Notes: generated from the letters alone by a model not told the origin. A stretch of 64,000 bases of DNA from Anaerolineales bacterium (GCA_050115475.1 JASFQL010000009.1:20613-84612); one strand, 5' to 3'. Positions 1 to 10,169 are shown, counted from the stretch's first letter. Program-made: numbers and translations.

Positions 1-48
1 TCCCGATCTTACCGACCTTCTCTAAGACGTAACTATTAAAGGTAGCAA

Positions 49-1596
49 ATGAGCAATAAATCAAAGTTAAACCGGCGAGAATTTGTCAAACTTTTCTCAC
101 TCCTTCCATTCACATATTTCCTCCCTGCTCAGGCGCAAACGCAATTAAGTCCAGATTCAAAGCAAAAAAACATATTAATCTTGGTGTTTGACGCGCTATC
201 CGCCTCAAACATCCCCCTCTTTGGCTATCGCCGAAACACAACACCGAAATTACTTGAATTAACAAAACAAGCGATCGTATATCACCGGCACTATGCTGGC
301 GGTAATTACACCACACCTGGAACAGCTTCTTTGCTCACGGGGACTTACCCATGGACGCATCGTGCCATCAAGATGAGGGATGAAGTGATAGAAAGTCTTC
401 GTTCACGAAATATCTTTAATTTGTTCTCAAACCATCATCGCTTTGCTTACACGCACAACGGCTTGGCCGACGTTCTTTTAAATCAGTTTGTAGAGGCAAT
501 CGAGTACAAAGTAAACCGGTGGCAATTATATTTAATTACAGGGCGGGTGATGAATTATCTATTCTCAAATGATGCCGATATGGCAGCAATCGTAGATAAT
601 GCTGCATTCAGTAAAAGTAGTGGGCATTCTTACTCTCTATTCCTTTCGAGATATATTACAAAAATTCTACATGAGATAGAGGCAGGAGTCACTAAAAATT
701 ACACAGACCTCTTTCCAAGAGGTCTTCCAGGTTTTAGAGAGGGAACCTGGCAAGCTTATATCCTGGAAGACGCCATAGATTGGATCAAAAACACAATTGA
801 TGGACTCCCACGCCCCTTTCTTGGATATGTCCATGTACTTCCCCCCCACTTCCCATACAGAACACGAAGAGATTTTATCGATATTTTCGATGATGGATGG
901 AAACCCCCAAAAAAGCCTAAACTTTTCTACAAAACCAAAGGATACTCAGAAGATAACGCAGGGGAATTTCGAAGACAATACGACGAATTTATTGCTTATG
1001 CTGATGCAGAATTCTACCGCTTATTCGATTTCCTTCGAGAATCAGGTTATCTTGAAAACACTATCGTCGTATTCACGACCGATCATGGGGAGATATTCGA
1101 GAGAGGACTGTATCGCCATGGGCATCCATTCTTATATGAACCTGCCATTCACATCCCATTGGTCATTTTCCACCCAGATCAAAAAGAAAGAATAGATGTA
1201 TTTTCGCCAACCAGCGCAGTAGACCTTCTGCCTACGCTTCTCCACTCTATCGGACAGCCCATCCCGGAGTGGTGTGAAGGCAAAGTTTTACCTCCATTCA
1301 ATGAGGAAACCTATTCTTCGGATAGAAACATATTTGCCCTGGAAGCTCGTGAGACTGCTAACCCCTCCTCGCCATTCAGATGCGCTTCAGGTATGATCGT
1401 AAAAGGAAGATATAAATTGACCAAGTATTTTGGCTACGAAGAGCTGCCAAACGGGGAACAGATCGTCGAATTGTTTGACATCGAAAACGACCCCGAAGAA
1501 CTCAATAACCTTTCACAAAAAACGGATTCTCTAACTCAAGACCTATTGAATGAATTAGAAACGAGAATGAGTGAAGCAGACAAGCCTTACATGTGA
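49..1596 (+). CDS. Tat-secreted sulfatase-family (alkaline-phosphatase superfamily, PF00884-like) hydrolase/transferase, Thr-nucleophile variant (paralogue A)
   Basis: Twin-arginine signal NRREFVKL followed by a hydrophobic stretch ending AQA. Sulfatase-like motifs are present: metal-binding region ILVFDALSASN, signature FTTPGTASLLTG aligned to sulfatase C-x-P-x-R-x-x-x-LTG but with Cys->Thr and Arg->Thr, and VVFTTDHGE. A Thr nucleophile is used by LtaS/EptA-type members of this fold. Roughly three quarters of residues are identical to the next ORF. Confidence 0.75.
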   Translation: MSNKSKLNRREFVKLFSLLPFTYFLPAQAQTQLSPDSKQKNILILVFDALSASNIPLFGYRRNTTPKLLELTKQAIVYHRHYAGGNYTTPGTASLLTGTYPWTHRAIKMRDEVIESLRSRNIFNLFSNHHRFAYTHNGLADVLLNQFVEAIEYKVNRWQLYLITGRVMNYLFSNDADMAAIVDNAAFSKSSGHSYSLFLSRYITKILHEIEAGVTKNYTDLFPRGLPGFREGTWQAYILEDAIDWIKNTIDGLPRPFLGYVHVLPPHFPYRTRRDFIDIFDDGWKPPKKPKLFYKTKGYSEDNAGEFRRQYDEFIAYADAEFYRLFDFLRESGYLENTIVVFTTDHGEIFERGLYRHGHPFLYEPAIHIPLVIFHPDQKERIDVFSPTSAVDLLPTLLHSIGQPIPEWCEGKVLPPFNEETYSSDRNIFALEARETANPSSPFRCASGMIVKGRYKLTKYFGYEELPNGEQIVELFDIENDPEELNNLSQKTDSLTQDLLNELETRMSEADKPYM

Positions 1597-1901
1597 ATTT
1601 ATTTCTCACAGCTATGATTTGATTTAAGTAATAACACGACTATATACTGGCGATAATTGGTCTCAGCAAACTTACCATAATGATTATAATCATAGGGGGT
1701 TAGCTATATATTTTGAATAAATGCAACACGCCAATCAAGATTATTATTAATGCAAGATGTATTTTTAGGAAAAGCCGCCCGCAAAACGAGTGCCATGACT
1801 TAGCTATTTGATGGAATTGGTATAATATCTCACAGGATTGTACATAATGGAAATTTACAGATTTCAGTAATCTAAGCAAAAGGATTTTATAGTGGTATCA
1901 A

Positions 1902-3452
1902 ATGGATAATAATCAAAAAATCAACCGGCGAGAATTTGTAAAACTTTGCTCACTCCTCCCTTTCACATATTTCCTCCCTGCACAAGTACAGAAGTCAATT
2001 CATTCGAGTCCAGATGAAAATCCAAAAAACATCTTAATCCTTGTCTTTGATGCGCTGTCTGCCTCAAACGTCCCCCTTTTTGGATATCGCCGAAACACAA
2101 CACCGAAATTATCTGAAATCCTAAATCAGGCCATTGTATACCACAGGCACTATGCCGGTGGTAGTTTCACAACCCCAGGAACAGCTTCTTTACTTACGGG
2201 GACTCATCCATGGACACATCGCGCCCTCAATAAAAGAGGAAGAGTAACTAATGATCTGGTATCACGGAATATCTTCAATTTATTCACAAACCACTATCGC
2301 TTTGCATACACGCACAACGGCTTAGTCGAAAGGCTCTTGGCACAGTTTGAAAATAAAATCGATTACAATGAAAATCGTTGGCAATTGTTTCTCGTGACAG
2401 GTCGGGTGTTGAATTACCTCTTTACAAAAGATGCCGATACGGTTGAACTCGTAGATAATGCAACATTCAATAAAAGTAGTGGATATTCATACTCTCTCTT
2501 CCTCTCAAGATATATTACAGAAATTTTACATGAGATAGAAGTGGGAATCACCAAGAACTACGTAGAATCCTTCCCAAGAGGCCTTCCCAGTTATGGGAGA
2601 TACCAATGGCCAGCTTTTATCCTGGAAGACGTTATTGACTGGATACAAGACACAATTGAAGGACTATCACCTCCTTTTCTTGGATATGTCCATGTACTTC
2701 CCCCACACTTCCCATACAGAACACGAAAAGACTTCATTGACATTTTCGATGATGGATGGGAACCTGCTGAAAAACCAAGAACGGTACTAATTCCAGGACA
2801 TTTAGAAGAAAAGGTCATTGAAAGTCGAAGGCATTATGATGAATTCGTCGCATACGCGGATGCAGAATTCTACCGACTATTCGATTCCCTTCGAGAATCG
2901 GGTTATCTTGAAAATACAATCGTCGTATTCACGACCGATCATGGAGAAATGTTCGAGAGGGGATTGGTTGGTCACATGTCCCCATTCTTCTACGAACCTG
3001 GAATTCACATCCCATTGGTCATTTTCCACCCAGATCAAAAGGAACGGATCGATATACACTCACCAACCAGCGCAGTAGACCTGCTACCTACCCTGCTACA
3101 TGCTACCGAACAACCCATCCCGGAGTGGTGCGAGGGTGATATTTTACCCCCATTCAATCTGGAACCTTATCCTTCTGATAGAAGTATTTTTGCCGTGGAT
3201 GCTAAAGATAATCCAAGCCCCACCTCTCCATTCACGCGTGCTTCAGGCATGATCGTAAAAGGCAAGTATAAATTAACCAAGTATTTTGGCTATGAAGGAC
3301 TGCCAGACAATGAACCCATTATCGAATTATATGACCTTGAAAATGACCCTGAGGAACTCAATGACCTTAGCCTTGAAAAAAGATCTCTTGTCCAAGACAT
3401 GCTGAATGAATTGGAAACGCGAATGAATGAGGCGGACGAACCTTACAGGTAA
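1902..3452 (+). CDS. Tat-secreted sulfatase-family hydrolase/transferase, Thr-nucleophile variant (paralogue B, tandem duplicate)
   Basis: Same architecture and motifs as 49..1596 (NRREFVKL Tat motif, FTTPGTASLLTG, VVFTTDHGE). Collinear along the full length. An extended -10 promoter (TGgTATAAT, about 1818-1826) lies roughly 75 nt upstream. Confidence 0.75.
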   Translation: MDNNQKINRREFVKLCSLLPFTYFLPAQVQKSIHSSPDENPKNILILVFDALSASNVPLFGYRRNTTPKLSEILNQAIVYHRHYAGGSFTTPGTASLLTGTHPWTHRALNKRGRVTNDLVSRNIFNLFTNHYRFAYTHNGLVERLLAQFENKIDYNENRWQLFLVTGRVLNYLFTKDADTVELVDNATFNKSSGYSYSLFLSRYITEILHEIEVGITKNYVESFPRGLPSYGRYQWPAFILEDVIDWIQDTIEGLSPPFLGYVHVLPPHFPYRTRKDFIDIFDDGWEPAEKPRTVLIPGHLEEKVIESRRHYDEFVAYADAEFYRLFDSLRESGYLENTIVVFTTDHGEMFERGLVGHMSPFFYEPGIHIPLVIFHPDQKERIDIHSPTSAVDLLPTLLHATEQPIPEWCEGDILPPFNLEPYPSDRSIFAVDAKDNPSPTSPFTRASGMIVKGKYKLTKYFGYEGLPDNEPIIELYDLENDPEELNDLSLEKRSLVQDMLNELETRMNEADEPYR

Positions 3453-3606
3453 TTTCGTTGCTTATGGCTAGGTCGATCGGCAAACTCAACAATACTAGGC
3501 TCTGGATAACCAGAGTCTTGTTGCTTCACCAGAATTGATTTAGTACTCAGTAAAGCTGTATTATAGTTACAGTCACGAACTTCAACGATTTACCATACAT
3601 AGAGTG

Positions 3607-3665
3607 TAATTAACCCGATGTGCAAGTTTTCATGAAACAACCAAACTTGCACATCGGGTTAATTA
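3607..3665. repeat. Perfect 23-bp inverted repeat (TAATTAACCCGATGTGCAAGTTT / AAACTTGCACATCGGGTTAATTA) with a 13-nt loop, followed by a T-rich run
   Basis: Read directly from the sequence. Arms at 3607-3629 and 3643-3665 are exact reverse complements. It sits between the intact sulfatase-family paralogue and a decayed third copy. Confidence 0.8.
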
Positions 3666-3701
3666 TTTATTTCCTAAGGTTGCCAATACGGTTTAAGTTT
3701 T

Positions 3702-3918
3702 AGACAATGCTGCATTCAATTCAATTAGAGGGTATTCTTACTCTCCCTTCATTTCAAGGTATATAACCAAAATCTTAGATCAATTAGAATTGAGAATGGC
3801 TAAAAACCATACAGACCTTTTTCCACGAGGTCTTCCCGGTTATAACAAAACCTCCTAACCTGCTTATCTCGTGGAAAATGCCATCGGTTGGATTCAAAAT
3901 ATCGTAGAGGAACTCCAG
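3702..3918 (+). pseudogene. Decayed fragment of a third sulfatase-family paralogue (corresponds to about aa 185-265 of the intact copies)
   Basis: Translation DNAAFNSIRGYSYSPFISRYITKILDQLELRMAKNHTDLFPRGLPGYNKTS* followed by ...ENAIGWIQNIVEEL matches VDNAAFSKSSGHSYSLFLSRYITKILHEIEAGVTKNYTDLFPRGLPGF ... EDAIDWIKNTIDGL of the intact genes. It carries an in-frame stop and a frame change, lacks the N- and C-terminal parts, and diverges after 3920. Confidence 0.6.
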
Positions 3919-4214
3919 GTGCGGCTCCTCTGGGATAACCATGCGCTGCTTTGCCTTCCACTCATACCGCAGATCGGTGTTCTCGATCAAATATGCACAT
4001 TTACTCTGATAGGCAGTAAGGATGGCATAACAAGTATCACAACCTCATTGTGAGGCATGTATTTCTCTACATAATCGAAATGTGGGAAAGAAGCAGCGAA
4101 ATTAGCGTGGAATTCCCCATTTTCTTCAGGTCGGATAGCTTCTTGAGTTACAAAAAATAGGATACCAAAGAATTAGGTAACTATCTATCAAAGAATTTTT
4201 GTGGAACTTAATTT

Positions 4215-6842
4215 CTATTCATAATCCCATGGATGAATGCGCCCTCGTAAGAACAACAAAGGCCATAGGATACAGGCAATTGGTAAAATTATATAATGAT
4301 AGCGGAATATACTGAACAGATTCCCAAAGGTAAATACAGCAAGATGAGCAAAAACAGCGACTCCGATAATTAGAAATCGCCAGTCTCTTTCGTATATCAA
4401 CCCGCGAAAAATCAACCCGACAATAATGACATATATATAAGGAGCAGCGCGCCAAGGCGCAGAAAACAGGCTTCTACTCCTGTTTGTTTTTGTTACATAT
4501 TCCCCAAGAATCCTTGCCAATGTGGGTATTTTTGAATCCTGAGAAACTCCAACGAGTTCAGCCAGTGCAGGTGTCACTTGATAGATCAGTTCCCCTGATT
4601 GAGGGTGTATTCGAATTGGAACCAACTGCTGGAATTCTTCAGCCCGTGGATATACACGGAAGAAAATCGAAAGATTACAAATCTGATGTCTCACCTCTAC
4701 CCATGGGGATCGGAAAATAAGAGGAAAATAAGCGCGTACTAATTCATCCAAGTTCTCAGGGTCAAACAGCATAGATTTGTAATAATAGAAATACCGATAG
4801 CCAAGAGAATTATGGCAATTATATTTGTCAAACACAGCCATAGTGGGTAATGCCCTGGATAATAAATCCTGTTCTGCTCGTTGGATTTCAGTTCCAGAGT
4901 AAATATGCGCCCGTACTCGGTGTTCAATAATACGCGCTCCGGCGCCTTCTGTTGCCTTTCCGTGAAAAACGGCTGGTTTCGGTAAATACCGATCAAAGGA
5001 AAAATTCGCGAAGGACATCAAAACAACTGCCGATACGCCAATTAAAACCCATCTACGCCAGTAATTTCTGTAAACAATTATTAGAAAAAATATCAAAGCG
5101 ATCATCTCAAACAAGCCGTTATATCGCAATAAGATAGCACAAGTAATCGTAAAGCCGAGTAAGATTATGTTCTTATTATTCATAATCCACCGACCGTTTG
5201 AATAATATATCTCGAACATAAAAACAGTAATCCAAAGGAATGTGATTGCGTATGGAATATCTTTACTCAGCGTTACTACATAAAACGCATTGGGAGGCAC
5301 AAGTGCTGCAATGACTGCAGCAGTGGTAAGAACAAACTTGGGGAGGCCTGCTTTTTCAAGACGATACAATGCATATCCGGTGGTCAAACTTAATCCAAGG
5401 ATCTGAGCAATTCCAACAGCAGCAGGACTCATCCATACACGTGTGATTAACCAATTTAACAGAGTATGAAAAATCGGGGTTGCTAGATCAAACTCAAACT
5501 CTGTTATTTGCCTCCATTGATCCAATGGAACTTGACTCATGACTCCCGGCCAAAACGCCAATAACATCACAAAACTCACGATTATCATGGGAAATGCGTA
5601 TATAACAGTCCAATATCGAGAAAGGGTCGGGTTTGGTTGATAAATCTTTTGAGTATCTGTCAATAATATAAATAATGCCCACAAGATAAGATCGAAAACA
5701 GCCATTTTCGCCAAAAGACTAGAATTACTTAGAATATTAGATATCGTAGAGGGGGAGACGATTCCAAATAATCCATTTGGTTGAAGTGGGATAAACAGAG
5801 ATAATATTATCGAAGTGCAAAAGGCGAAAATAACCACCTTTCCTAGGATCTTCGTATCTTCTAAGGTAGATATGATTCGGTCGGAAATGGCTCCAAGCGC
5901 CAGCCAGAACAAAATTGTAATAACAGGCCAAGTAAGTAAAGTTAGGAAAAGACTCAAATCGAGACATTGCGTAATCCACCCAGCGATCACCATGGATTGA
6001 ATCATTATTAATAGCGATTGAGTAGAAGAAGCTTTTATTTTTAGGAATCTATCCAGTAGCTGAAGGGCGCGATGAATCAAAGACAAAGAATACAAAGAAA
6101 ACACCACCGCTAAAACAATAAGAATAAACCACCTAACAATATATTGGAATATCGTCGCCCAGGTTAGGTTATACCCTGAAGCAGGGGTCAGTACGATTTT
6201 AGCTTGAATTTCATCCCCGGCATCCATATCAAGCACCGCGCCAGAATCATTGGCAGTGACTTGCACAGGCAAATATTCCTTCCCACCTATAAATTGAAAG
6301 GATATCTTTTTTAATTTTTCAGAATCGGTATAACGATAATATACACAGTCACGTATCTCTAACTCTTTCTCCTCCAACACCCAATGTTGTTCCCCATTTA
6401 TTTCAAAAAAATTTGAAATTTGGATATCCTCTTTCGTTACCCGATTGGTTACTTTCACAAGGATGGGATAGCTAGTCTTCTCCTTATCGTTTGACCAACC
6501 AGGGCAAATCCCAATTTCATGTTGAACCTCAAATATCCATAAGGATCGTCCAGAAGCTAAAACAACCCCCCAGACAGCGATTAAATAGACAATAGTCTTA
6601 ATCGTGTATGCTTTTCGTAAATTCTTTGATACCAATTGGTTTTTAACAAAGGTGAAGATTAATCCAATAGAAAAATAGAAGATCAAACATCCAACTACAA
6701 AAATCACCCCATGTAAAAATAAGGAAGTATTCCACCGCAAATATGTATATAGGGCTATGACTATACTGATGAACATGGCCACGGCAATCTTAAGTAGGAA
6801 CTCCGACCGGTTGGGATGATTATCTTTACAAGATATGGCCAT
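4215..6842 (-). CDS. Large polytopic membrane protein (875 aa, more than 15 predicted TM helices), function unknown; possibly a GT-C-like glycosyltransferase or envelope polymer protein
   Basis: Long ORF with many hydrophobic 20-residue segments. Low GC like the adjacent paralogues. Divergent from the glycosyltransferase genes at 7073. No specific catalytic motif recognised. Confidence 0.55.
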   Translation of the reverse strand: MAISCKDNHPNRSEFLLKIAVAMFISIVIALYTYLRWNTSLFLHGVIFVVGCLIFYFSIGLIFTFVKNQLVSKNLRKAYTIKTIVYLIAVWGVVLASGRSLWIFEVQHEIGICPGWSNDKEKTSYPILVKVTNRVTKEDIQISNFFEINGEQHWVLEEKELEIRDCVYYRYTDSEKLKKISFQFIGGKEYLPVQVTANDSGAVLDMDAGDEIQAKIVLTPASGYNLTWATIFQYIVRWFILIVLAVVFSLYSLSLIHRALQLLDRFLKIKASSTQSLLIMIQSMVIAGWITQCLDLSLFLTLLTWPVITILFWLALGAISDRIISTLEDTKILGKVVIFAFCTSIILSLFIPLQPNGLFGIVSPSTISNILSNSSLLAKMAVFDLILWALFILLTDTQKIYQPNPTLSRYWTVIYAFPMIIVSFVMLLAFWPGVMSQVPLDQWRQITEFEFDLATPIFHTLLNWLITRVWMSPAAVGIAQILGLSLTTGYALYRLEKAGLPKFVLTTAAVIAALVPPNAFYVVTLSKDIPYAITFLWITVFMFEIYYSNGRWIMNNKNIILLGFTITCAILLRYNGLFEMIALIFFLIIVYRNYWRRWVLIGVSAVVLMSFANFSFDRYLPKPAVFHGKATEGAGARIIEHRVRAHIYSGTEIQRAEQDLLSRALPTMAVFDKYNCHNSLGYRYFYYYKSMLFDPENLDELVRAYFPLIFRSPWVEVRHQICNLSIFFRVYPRAEEFQQLVPIRIHPQSGELIYQVTPALAELVGVSQDSKIPTLARILGEYVTKTNRSRSLFSAPWRAAPYIYVIIVGLIFRGLIYERDWRFLIIGVAVFAHLAVFTFGNLFSIFRYHYIILPIACILWPLLFLRGRIHPWDYE

Positions 6843-7072
6843 ACGACTCCTCGAATATCAGTGTTTACCGCACAATTATAAACAAAAATAAGAATAATCA
6901 AAACAAGACTTTAAGTGTCCAGAGCCTTTATTTATTTGCCTCAAACCGTCATGTCTAAAATGCATAGTAAAAGGGTTAGGTATAATATTAGACCAACGAA
7001 AAATACCATTCATGCCTCCTGAATAACAACCCAAACAGGAGAATGCTCTTATAGATTTTTGTCGAAAAAATT

Positions 7073-8833
7073 ATGGACCGATCAACTCATAACAACTTTG
7101 CACAATTAATGGAAACCCTCACCAGTACTTCACCCCACAATTGGGGGGAAATCGCTGAATTACTCGAAAGCCTACGAAATTCTGTCTCCCGCACTCCTTC
7201 TACGTGGGAAACCTTCCTCAAAAATTGTACAGGGGGGACAGCCTTCTTGACCTTCGATTACGGTGTGGATGGGGTCTCTATCGAGATCGCCAAATACGCC
7301 CAATCTCTGGAAGATTTGTACGCAGAGGTCGGGGAACCCGCCATCCACCTTATCGGTGGGGATTTCTACTCCCAGGCAGATACGGTGATGGATCCCGGAT
7401 GGCAGCGCTTCAAGATCGAGGGGATCAACGGCTGGTCGAAGTGGGCGGAGGGGAAATGGTTCGGGAAGCTATTCTATGAAGAGATGCCGGAGGGAAGTCA
7501 GCTCTCAGACGAGTTGGCGGTCGAGATGTATGCCCTGGCAGTGAGTATCGCTGAAAAATTAGGAGGGTATATCGTTGAGAATAACATCGGTCTGCTCATC
7601 CCCGTGAACGTGTCCTCCAACCCGGGCAACCTCGCCCTGGGTCTGGCGACAGCCATCGTGAGTGAAGGTCTGGGGATGTACGTTTTCAACTCGAACCACG
7701 ACTTCTTCTGGGATGGCGGGAAACCACCCTCTGAGCGAGAACCCGGAGAAGAACCCGGGGTGAGAGACCACTTTTTCAAGAATGCAGACAACCACTCGTT
7801 TTTCAGTCTATTCGAATCACTCTTCCCCTGGAATGGGCGGCGTTGGCTGCAGGTGAACATCAACCGCCTCCAGTCGGCTACCTTGATAGAAAAGTACGGC
7901 TTCTCCCCTAATCAGATCTATGAGTTATCTACAGCTGTGAGTAAACGCTTCTTCGAAGAATACGGACAGGCTGAAGTCAAGGTTGCCCGCCTGCGTATGG
8001 GCCACATCCTATCGGACGGAAAAGCCGTCATCCACCCCACTCCCATTGAAGAGTACCTGCAGGAGTTGGGAGAATGGATGCAGAATCAGATACCTCGTGT
8101 TGTAGGACGGCAGGATGGGTTGACATTGGACCCACAATCAGACAATCTCATCTATCTCCTGCAACCAACACGTGTGGTTGCTCGAAAACGGATCGAACGG
8201 GACTTCGAGCTATTGGAAGCCCTGCTGCAAAAAGGGTCACTGCGTGAAGCTTTCGAAGCAGATAAGGCCCTTCAGCTCGTGATGCACATCACCGGCCCGA
8301 CCCCCATCGAACACCAGGCGGATCTCGAAAACGTGCTAAACGCTTATGTGGACGTCCTCGCCTCCGTTCCGGATGAGATCGGGGACAGGCTCTTTACGGC
8401 TTTTTCGGTTGGAAACGAAGACCACCCCTCCTTCCGGGAGAAAGGTTTCAAACGCCTGACCATCGAGGAGATTTACCGGATGGCGACGGTTATCCTATTC
8501 CCCAGCGAAACGGAGGGGCGCGGCCTGCCCATCGTGGAGAGCAGCGCCAGCGGCGTGCCTATCGTTTGCAGCCGCTACCAGCCAGAGGAAGTTTTCGCCG
8601 GCGTGGTCGGGGAGGAGCTGCCGGAGGATAAACAAATCCAATACACGTTGTTTCCCGAAGGAGCCTTTACGGAAAACTTCCTCAATGAAGTGGCCGATTT
8701 ACTCTTACAACCTGAAAAATTCCAAGCGCGGCGAGAACACAACCGGAACGCTGTACGTTTGCGTTACAGCCGAGAGTCGCTAACACGGCGGTTCGAGGAG
8801 TTATTGAAAATCCTCCACGGACTAGTCCATTAA
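7073..8833 (+). CDS. GT4-family (GT-B) glycosyltransferase with an N-terminal extension of roughly 350 aa of unknown function
   Basis: C-terminal motif ILFPSETEGRGLPIVESSASGVPIVCS is the characteristic GT4/GT1 E-x7-E region. The N-terminal two thirds have no recognisable motif. Confidence 0.65.
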   Translation: MDRSTHNNFAQLMETLTSTSPHNWGEIAELLESLRNSVSRTPSTWETFLKNCTGGTAFLTFDYGVDGVSIEIAKYAQSLEDLYAEVGEPAIHLIGGDFYSQADTVMDPGWQRFKIEGINGWSKWAEGKWFGKLFYEEMPEGSQLSDELAVEMYALAVSIAEKLGGYIVENNIGLLIPVNVSSNPGNLALGLATAIVSEGLGMYVFNSNHDFFWDGGKPPSEREPGEEPGVRDHFFKNADNHSFFSLFESLFPWNGRRWLQVNINRLQSATLIEKYGFSPNQIYELSTAVSKRFFEEYGQAEVKVARLRMGHILSDGKAVIHPTPIEEYLQELGEWMQNQIPRVVGRQDGLTLDPQSDNLIYLLQPTRVVARKRIERDFELLEALLQKGSLREAFEADKALQLVMHITGPTPIEHQADLENVLNAYVDVLASVPDEIGDRLFTAFSVGNEDHPSFREKGFKRLTIEEIYRMATVILFPSETEGRGLPIVESSASGVPIVCSRYQPEEVFAGVVGEELPEDKQIQYTLFPEGAFTENFLNEVADLLLQPEKFQARREHNRNAVRLRYSRESLTRRFEELLKILHGLVH

Positions 8834-8850
8834 TCAAAAAGGAGACCATC

Positions 8851-9972
8851 GTGCGGATTGGATTCATCGAAGACACTCATTTACATGGAGGCACCCAGAT
8901 ATGGGTTGCTGAGGCGACACGCGCTTTCATGGACCGGGGCGAGGACGTGACCGTGATCACGCCACACCAAAGCTGGGTAGCACAACGCTGTGAGGAGGCC
9001 GGAGCACAGATCGCCGGATATGATTGGGATGAGGTGGTGGAAGAAAACGAAACGGACCAGGATATCTGGACGGAGGCCTTGGAGGAATGCGACGTGGCGG
9101 TGTGCACTGTCCACCCACCAAGGGAAGGCTTCCACTGCTCGGTGTTCGCGGCGAAATGTATACGGAAAGCGGGCTTGAAGACCCATTTGATCCCTAAAAC
9201 CGGCACCATCGTACCCGAATACGTCCGTGAGTTCTACCTGCCAGATGAACGCATCAAGTCCTCGGTGATCGCCATCGCCGATTTCACCCGCCGATACCTG
9301 ATTGAGACATATAAGATCCCATCGGAGAAGGTCACGCTTATCTACCAGGGCACAGAAGTCGAACGTTTCTATTCTACGCCAGGGGGGAAGGCTGAAGCGC
9401 TGAAACGCTATCCCCTACCGGAAAAGGCTACCCCCATCCTGGCAAGCGTGGGCTCTTTCGAACACCGCAAGGGTCACCCGGTCCTGTTCGAGGCGCTGGC
9501 TCAACTGGCATCCGGACCTTTGCCTAACATTCACCTAATGATGGTAGGAGATGGGCCGGACGAGGCTATGCTGAAAGAGATGGTCAAGCGGATGGCGATA
9601 GAAAACCAGGTGACTTTCTTCCCCTTCACGAATGAGCCGAAGTATGTGTTCGAACGCATCGACGCTACAGTTTTGCCCAGTTTGTATAAAGAGGGGCTGC
9701 CGAACGTTTTACTCGAGTCGATGTCGATGGATGTGCCGGTGGTGGCCTCAGATCTAGGGGGGGTAGGAGAGGTCGTAGTAGATGGGGAGACAGGCTACAA
9801 GGTCGAGCCGGGGGATATCCAGGGACTGGCAGAGGCTATCACTAAATTGTGGGAAGACCAGGAAGCCTATACGCGCATGCGCGCCAACGTACGAAAGCTG
9901 ATGGTGGAGAATTTCGACAAGGAGAAGCAGTTCGACGCGTTTTTGGAATATTTCAGGAAGGTAGTGAGTTAA
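8851..9972 (+). CDS. GT4-family glycosyltransferase
   Basis: N-terminal Rossmann region MRIGFIEDTHLHGGTQ and C-terminal KEGLPNVLLESMSMDVPVVASDLGGVGEVV (GT4 signature). Lies 18 nt after the previous glycosyltransferase, so probably an operon. Confidence 0.8.
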   Translation: MRIGFIEDTHLHGGTQIWVAEATRAFMDRGEDVTVITPHQSWVAQRCEEAGAQIAGYDWDEVVEENETDQDIWTEALEECDVAVCTVHPPREGFHCSVFAAKCIRKAGLKTHLIPKTGTIVPEYVREFYLPDERIKSSVIAIADFTRRYLIETYKIPSEKVTLIYQGTEVERFYSTPGGKAEALKRYPLPEKATPILASVGSFEHRKGHPVLFEALAQLASGPLPNIHLMMVGDGPDEAMLKEMVKRMAIENQVTFFPFTNEPKYVFERIDATVLPSLYKEGLPNVLLESMSMDVPVVASDLGGVGEVVVDGETGYKVEPGDIQGLAEAITKLWEDQEAYTRMRANVRKLMVENFDKEKQFDAFLEYFRKVVS

Positions 9973-10053
9973 CCTTTTTAACCACGAAAGTACAAAAACA
10001 CGAAGATAATAACGGAAAAACTTAAGACATTATTCCATGAGTAAGAGAATACT

Positions 10054-10082
10054 GTAGGGGAGGGTCTAAGACCCTCCCCTAC
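10054..10082. terminator. Intrinsic terminator hairpin GTAGGGGAGGGTC-TAA-GACCCTCCCCTAC followed by ATTTTAT
   Basis: Perfect 13-bp GC-rich stem with a 3-nt loop and a downstream T-run, about 80 nt after the stop of 8851..9972. Confidence 0.65.
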
Positions 10083-10169
10083 ATTTTATGGTTTGTATAA
10101 ATGAATTTTCTTCTTTACTTCTACCAACAATAGTGTGATAAATCCTTCGTGTTTTGGTGGTTCTAATGG

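Noticed and set aside
1597-1640. Terminator after the first sulfatase-family paralogue (gtgaatttatttctcac)
   Set aside because: The apparent palindrome is not a true reverse complement on checking, so no stable stem.
667-3059. Antisense and alternative-frame ORFs inside the sulfatase-family genes (110..316, 667..849, 797..1195, 2591..2818, 2593..2790, 2818..3078, 2877..3059)
   Set aside because: Fully embedded in strongly supported longer CDS. The recurring TSWKEVCVIF/TSWKKVCMVF translation is simply the antisense of the conserved FPRGLPG region in each paralogue.
3784-4053. ORFs 3784..3990 (-) and 3871..4053 (+)
   Set aside because: They overlap the pseudogene fragment on opposite strands. 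The plus ORF begins with the AIGWIQNIVEEL remnant and then diverges into sequence with no continuity to the sulfatase family. Judged to be decay products, not genes.
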